Assembly: GCA_038816475.1 (NCBI GenBank)
Contig: JAWBAI010000001.1
Location: 96,001 to 160,000 of the forward strand
DNA from: Desulfurococcaceae archaeon
Lineage (GTDB): Archaea; Thermoproteota; Thermoprotei_A; Sulfolobales; Desulfurococcaceae
DNA: 64,000 nucleotides
Direction: 5' to 3'
The position numbers and the translations under genes were made by a program. This document shows, in pieces, positions 60,595-64,000 of the stretch (position 1 is its first letter; each line of letters opens with the position of its first letter). Under the pieces are notes generated by a model, which made no database searches, had not been told where the DNA came from, and saw only the letters and a program-made list of their open reading frames with translations.

Positions 60595-61562
60595 AAGCTA
60601 GACCCCAAATAACAGAGTGCACCTGTAACTATCAATGGAAGAACTATTGTTGCATCACCGTAAACAACAACACTTTTTCCAGAGGCTTTCACTTTACCCC
60701 AGCTAATGGCTTCTCGTGGATGCGCGCCACTAAGGCTTCCATCGTACTCTACAGCCGTTGTTACATAAACAGCATAGTCTAACCCCTCTTTGAGCTGAGC
60801 CCACCAGATCGTGTGATGTTTACTGATACCTCCACCGATTATGAGAGCCCCCAGTTTCTTTGACGATACTACAAGCTCGATGATCTTTTTTTCATCGGTG
60901 ATTAAGTCGAGTTCTACTCCAAGTGTGCTATGATTGAACACTACTTGTGAACCGAAGGCTCCATCGTAGATACCGGGAACGAACACGGGTGTAGAAGTTT
61001 CATACGCTGAGCGAAGAATACTGTTCTCGTCATTAAGCCTTTTTCCTACCTCGTGCAAGATCTCACTAACACTCCACTTTTTCTTAATCTTTGCTAGCTC
61101 TTCCAGTAGACCACGCGTGAATTTCTCAATAGCTACCCCGTAGTTTTCAACAGGAATGAGCACGTTTCCGAGTCTATGAATCCCAAGGCTGTATAGCATA
61201 GCATCGTCATACATCCATTCACCCTTAAAGTACTTGTGCTTAGTGCTTCTAGCAATGTCGTGGTCTATGGTACCACATGTTGTAACTATTGCGTGAAACC
61301 ACCTGCTTTTAACAATCTGAGCGAGAACACCTCGAAGCCCCGTGGACACAATATTCCCTGTAAATGACAGAATTCTTGTTGTATCAGGATCCTTGAGCAT
61401 CTCAGCTAGAACAACAGAGGCTTTATACACATGTCCAGCCATGAATCCATGAGCTTTGCCGAAAGATTCTATCAGCTCGCAAACACTCATATCTGCGCGG
61501 ACTCTGTAGTCCACAACTTCTTCCATGAGAACTCTATGTTTAACTTCCTCGATGAACTCCAT
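60591..61562 (-). CDS. dys: Deoxyhypusine synthase
   Basis: TGNIVSTGLR, GGGISKHH, DGSLSGA, EAISWGK, GDATI. Confidence 0.94.
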   Translation of the reverse strand: MEFIEEVKHRVLMEEVVDYRVRADMSVCELIESFGKAHGFMAGHVYKASVVLAEMLKDPDTTRILSFTGNIVSTGLRGVLAQIVKSRWFHAIVTTCGTIDHDIARSTKHKYFKGEWMYDDAMLYSLGIHRLGNVLIPVENYGVAIEKFTRGLLEELAKIKKKWSVSEILHEVGKRLNDENSILRSAYETSTPVFVPGIYDGAFGSQVVFNHSTLGVELDLITDEKKIIELVVSSKKLGALIIGGGISKHHTIWWAQLKEGLDYAVYVTTAVEYDGSLSGAHPREAISWGKVKASGKSVVVYGDATIVLPLIVTGALCYLGSSF

Positions 61563-61656
61563 TCTCCGAGCTACACCCCTATGCCCATGATTTTAACATA
61601 GAGAACTATTATTTAGTAAGCTTATTCAACAAATGCTAATTGGATAGGGACTTAAA

Positions 61657-62325
61657 TTGACTCTTGAGACAAAAGTACTGTATACAATGCTAAAACACAG
61701 AAAGCTTTTAATCGAAGAAATATCCATGTTAACTAATGCTTCAATCGAAGTTGTCGAGAATATCATAGATAGGTACAGAGCGTATTTCAAAACTCTCAGA
61801 GAAGAGATTGTACTAGTTAAACCTGTTGAACTAGCACTTGTACTTATAAGCAGAGGTATCGAACCAGCAAAAGTCTGTGAAACTCTGAACTGGAGGGACT
61901 TCGAGGAGATTTCTCTACGCATCCTCTTGGAATCAGGATATGAAGCTGTGCACAGGTTGATGCTTACAAGCCCCGTAAGATTAGAAATTGACGTATTTGG
62001 TGTTGAGCCGGTTAGCGGCATAGGAGTAGCTATAGATTGTAAGCATTGGTCTGCGAACTCCGAGGCTAAGCTCGTGGAGGCTGCAAGTAAGCACATTGAG
62101 CGCATGAACAAGCTACTGAGATACTATACATGGTTAAAAGCAAGGTACAGAGAGCTAGCTAAGGCTAAGTACGTTCTACCAGCTTTAGTGACGCTGTTCA
62201 AACCTCCACTAAGAGTATATGGCAACGTTCTAGTGCTAGGCATTGAGGAAATGCCACAGATCCTCAGAGATATACGTGTTGTAATAGACGCCTTTAGCTT
62301 AGAGCTGATCAAACTACCCACGTAG
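61657..62325 (+). CDS. Restriction-endonuclease-like (Mrr/PD-(D/E)xK) protein
   Basis: LNWRDFE, EIDV, IDCKHW. Confidence 0.8.
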   Translation: MTLETKVLYTMLKHRKLLIEEISMLTNASIEVVENIIDRYRAYFKTLREEIVLVKPVELALVLISRGIEPAKVCETLNWRDFEEISLRILLESGYEAVHRLMLTSPVRLEIDVFGVEPVSGIGVAIDCKHWSANSEAKLVEAASKHIERMNKLLRYYTWLKARYRELAKAKYVLPALVTLFKPPLRVYGNVLVLGIEEMPQILRDIRVVIDAFSLELIKLPT

Positions 62326-62370
62326 AAGCATCCGGAGTTTTAAAATACAGCCAAGGATTCTATATTAGGG

Positions 62371-63123
62371 GTGTTAGCAGTGACACGCGTTGTACTCCCT
62401 GAGGCAAAGCTTTTCAAGGAAATAGTGGAAGCTATAGGGAACATAGCCGAGGAAGTAGCATTAAACCTTACACCTGAAGGTTTAAAGCTCAGCGCGTTCG
62501 ATGTGGATCAGTCTTCATTGTTCATGGTGAATTTTCCACCAGAGATGTTCATTGAGTACGATGTCGGGGAACCAGTTAAAATAGGAGTTTCGGTAAGCAA
62601 CCTGAAGAAAATACTTAAGCATATTAAGAAAGGTGAAAACCTGGTTATAGAGCCGGAAGGTGACTATGTAAAATTCACCATTGGCGCTGGAGCAGTAGCT
62701 ACAAGCATGTACAGGTTTAGAAACCTGGATGTACCAGTTCAAGAGATCTCGGAGCTAGAGTTAAACTTCACGGTAACAGCTAAACTAATGGCGCAGGCAT
62801 TGAAGAGAGTCATAGAGGATATAGAAGCAACCGGTGGAAACACTGAGTTCAGCGCTGATGAGAACGCTCTTGTAATAAGAGCCGTGGGTGCAGGAAGACT
62901 TGAAGCAAAGTTCACCAAGGGCTCTCTCGCGCTAATATCCTTTGAGCTGCAGGAACAGGCTAAAGCTACATACGACACAGCAAAGCTAGTCAACATTCTA
63001 GCCGTAGCTAAGGTCTCAGACACCGTTACAATACAGTTTGCAAACAAAATGCCACTTAAAGCGGAGTTTGTCGTAGGACCTGGCAAAATAGTGTACTTGC
63101 TCGCACCATTCGAAGTATCCTAG
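62371..63123 (+). CDS. pcn: DNA polymerase sliding clamp (PCNA)
   Basis: AKLFKEIVEAI, EGLKLSAFD, MPLK, YLLAP; 250 aa. Confidence 0.92.
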   Translation: MLAVTRVVLPEAKLFKEIVEAIGNIAEEVALNLTPEGLKLSAFDVDQSSLFMVNFPPEMFIEYDVGEPVKIGVSVSNLKKILKHIKKGENLVIEPEGDYVKFTIGAGAVATSMYRFRNLDVPVQEISELELNFTVTAKLMAQALKRVIEDIEATGGNTEFSADENALVIRAVGAGRLEAKFTKGSLALISFELQEQAKATYDTAKLVNILAVAKVSDTVTIQFANKMPLKAEFVVGPGKIVYLLAPFEVS

Positions 63124-63148
63124 GATAAAGCACCTAACCTGGATAGGG

Positions 63149-63799
63149 GTGAACAAGACCATAGGTTCTTTGATAGTTGAAAAAGTATTGAATACACTGA
63201 GTGAAGTCTACAGAAAGCACAAAAGCTGTAAATACGCTGTTCTAAACGATGTATCGGTAGTACTCTACGGGCTAGTAAAACCGATCGAAGAGGTTAGAAT
63301 TGTTTCAAAGAGAGATTGCGCTGAGGAACTACTATACACGCTGCTAAAAGCATTCAATGTCGAGGAAAACTATGCTGAAGCTGTCAAAAACCTCAGAGAT
63401 CATGGTGTAGTTGCTGTATCAACAATATTCTACCCATTGGTCGTGGTTGAAACCGCTAGATCAAGCATAGATGAGCTACTAGTAGAAAACACCATTGATG
63501 TAGAACTGGATAACTACTTTTTGAGAATACCTAAACTACAGCACCTAATAGCGAAGCTTATTCACATTGGAGTTTACCCATATACCGAGTACGCTTACGC
63601 TCTATTAGTTCAGTGGTTAAAGCGAATCGACACGGACGAGCTCATTTCCCTCTTCGTGAAGTCTGAAATAGACCTTGAGAAAGTAGTGAGTAAGCTCAGA
63701 ACCATACTGGAACTCTTCACGGGATTTCCAGATCTTACGGAGGAGTTTAAACTTGGAATGAGCTTGATAGATAAGCTTCAAAGAAAACAAACCCAATAA
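63149..63799 (+). CDS. Hypothetical protein, degenerate nucleotidyltransferase-like
   Basis: YAVLND.SVVLYG..PIEEVRI and IP..HLIAKL resemble the NTase fold without GG/DxD. Confidence 0.55.
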   Translation: MNKTIGSLIVEKVLNTLSEVYRKHKSCKYAVLNDVSVVLYGLVKPIEEVRIVSKRDCAEELLYTLLKAFNVEENYAEAVKNLRDHGVVAVSTIFYPLVVVETARSSIDELLVENTIDVELDNYFLRIPKLQHLIAKLIHIGVYPYTEYAYALLVQWLKRIDTDELISLFVKSEIDLEKVVSKLRTILELFTGFPDLTEEFKLGMSLIDKLQRKQTQ

Positions 63800-63998
63800 C
63801 TGTTTCAATCGAAGTCTTGAAGACCTTGAGGCACGGAGATCCAAGACAGAGTTTACAGCCGACACTAGGCATTCTTAAAGTGATGCTTACTGAATACAGC
63901 ACTATAACTTTGTTCTTCTTTAAGGCGCATACGTCACCGGACTTTTTCCATCCTAGGATATTCTGCTGGAAGATTTTACTTAATAGAACCGTTGCAAA
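63747..63998 (-). CDS. Possible 3' part of a gene running in from beyond the window
   Basis: Frame open from the window end to a TAA at 63747-63749 (83 codons); no motif recognised. Confidence 0.3.
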   Translation of the reverse strand, partial: FATVLLSKIFQQNILGWKKSGDVCALKKNKVIVLYSVSITLRMPSVGCKLCLGSPCLKVFKTSIETVIGFVFFEAYLSSSFQV

Positions 63999-64000
63999 AT

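Noticed and set aside
1-64000. CRISPR arrays, rRNA, IS/transposases, integrase or provirus, split tRNA halves
   Set aside because: None seen; all five tRNAs are complete and no duplicated tRNA ends were noticed. Most short overlapping ORFs in the track are antisense shadows of real genes

Overview
The window is ordinary chromosomal DNA from a hyperthermophilic crenarchaeon. The gene content, BHB-intron tRNAs and C/D-box sRNAs suggest a Desulfurococcaceae-like organism, but the taxonomy is my inference. It is densely coding. Core genes include priL, adk, ino1, aspS, cdc6/orc1-2 type, hel308, moeA, HMG-CoA synthase, lhr, serS, R15P isomerase, rpiA, tiaS, dys and pcn. There are five tRNAs (Thr-TGT and His-GTG with 37/38 introns, iMet, Thr-GGT, Leu-GAG) and six candidate C/D-box sRNAs. 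I saw no CRISPR array, rRNA, transposase or provirus. The strongest candidate for an undescribed system is a four-gene corrinoid methyl-transfer module at 34.5-39.4 kb. It encodes a stand-alone 'core' methionine synthase, a RACo reductive activator, a UroD-fold methyltransferase and a corrinoid protein, but no pterin- or CoM-accepting second methyltransferase. This suggests methyl groups are taken from an unknown donor and passed directly to homocysteine. Notable RNA signals are an initiator tRNA nested in a tRNA-like outer shell, an unexplained structured RNA at 54.15-54.28 kb, a structured leader before tRNA-His, and sRNA guides matching 16S rRNA and the tRNA-Gln wobble position. All protein calls come from motif recognition by eye; no searches were run.
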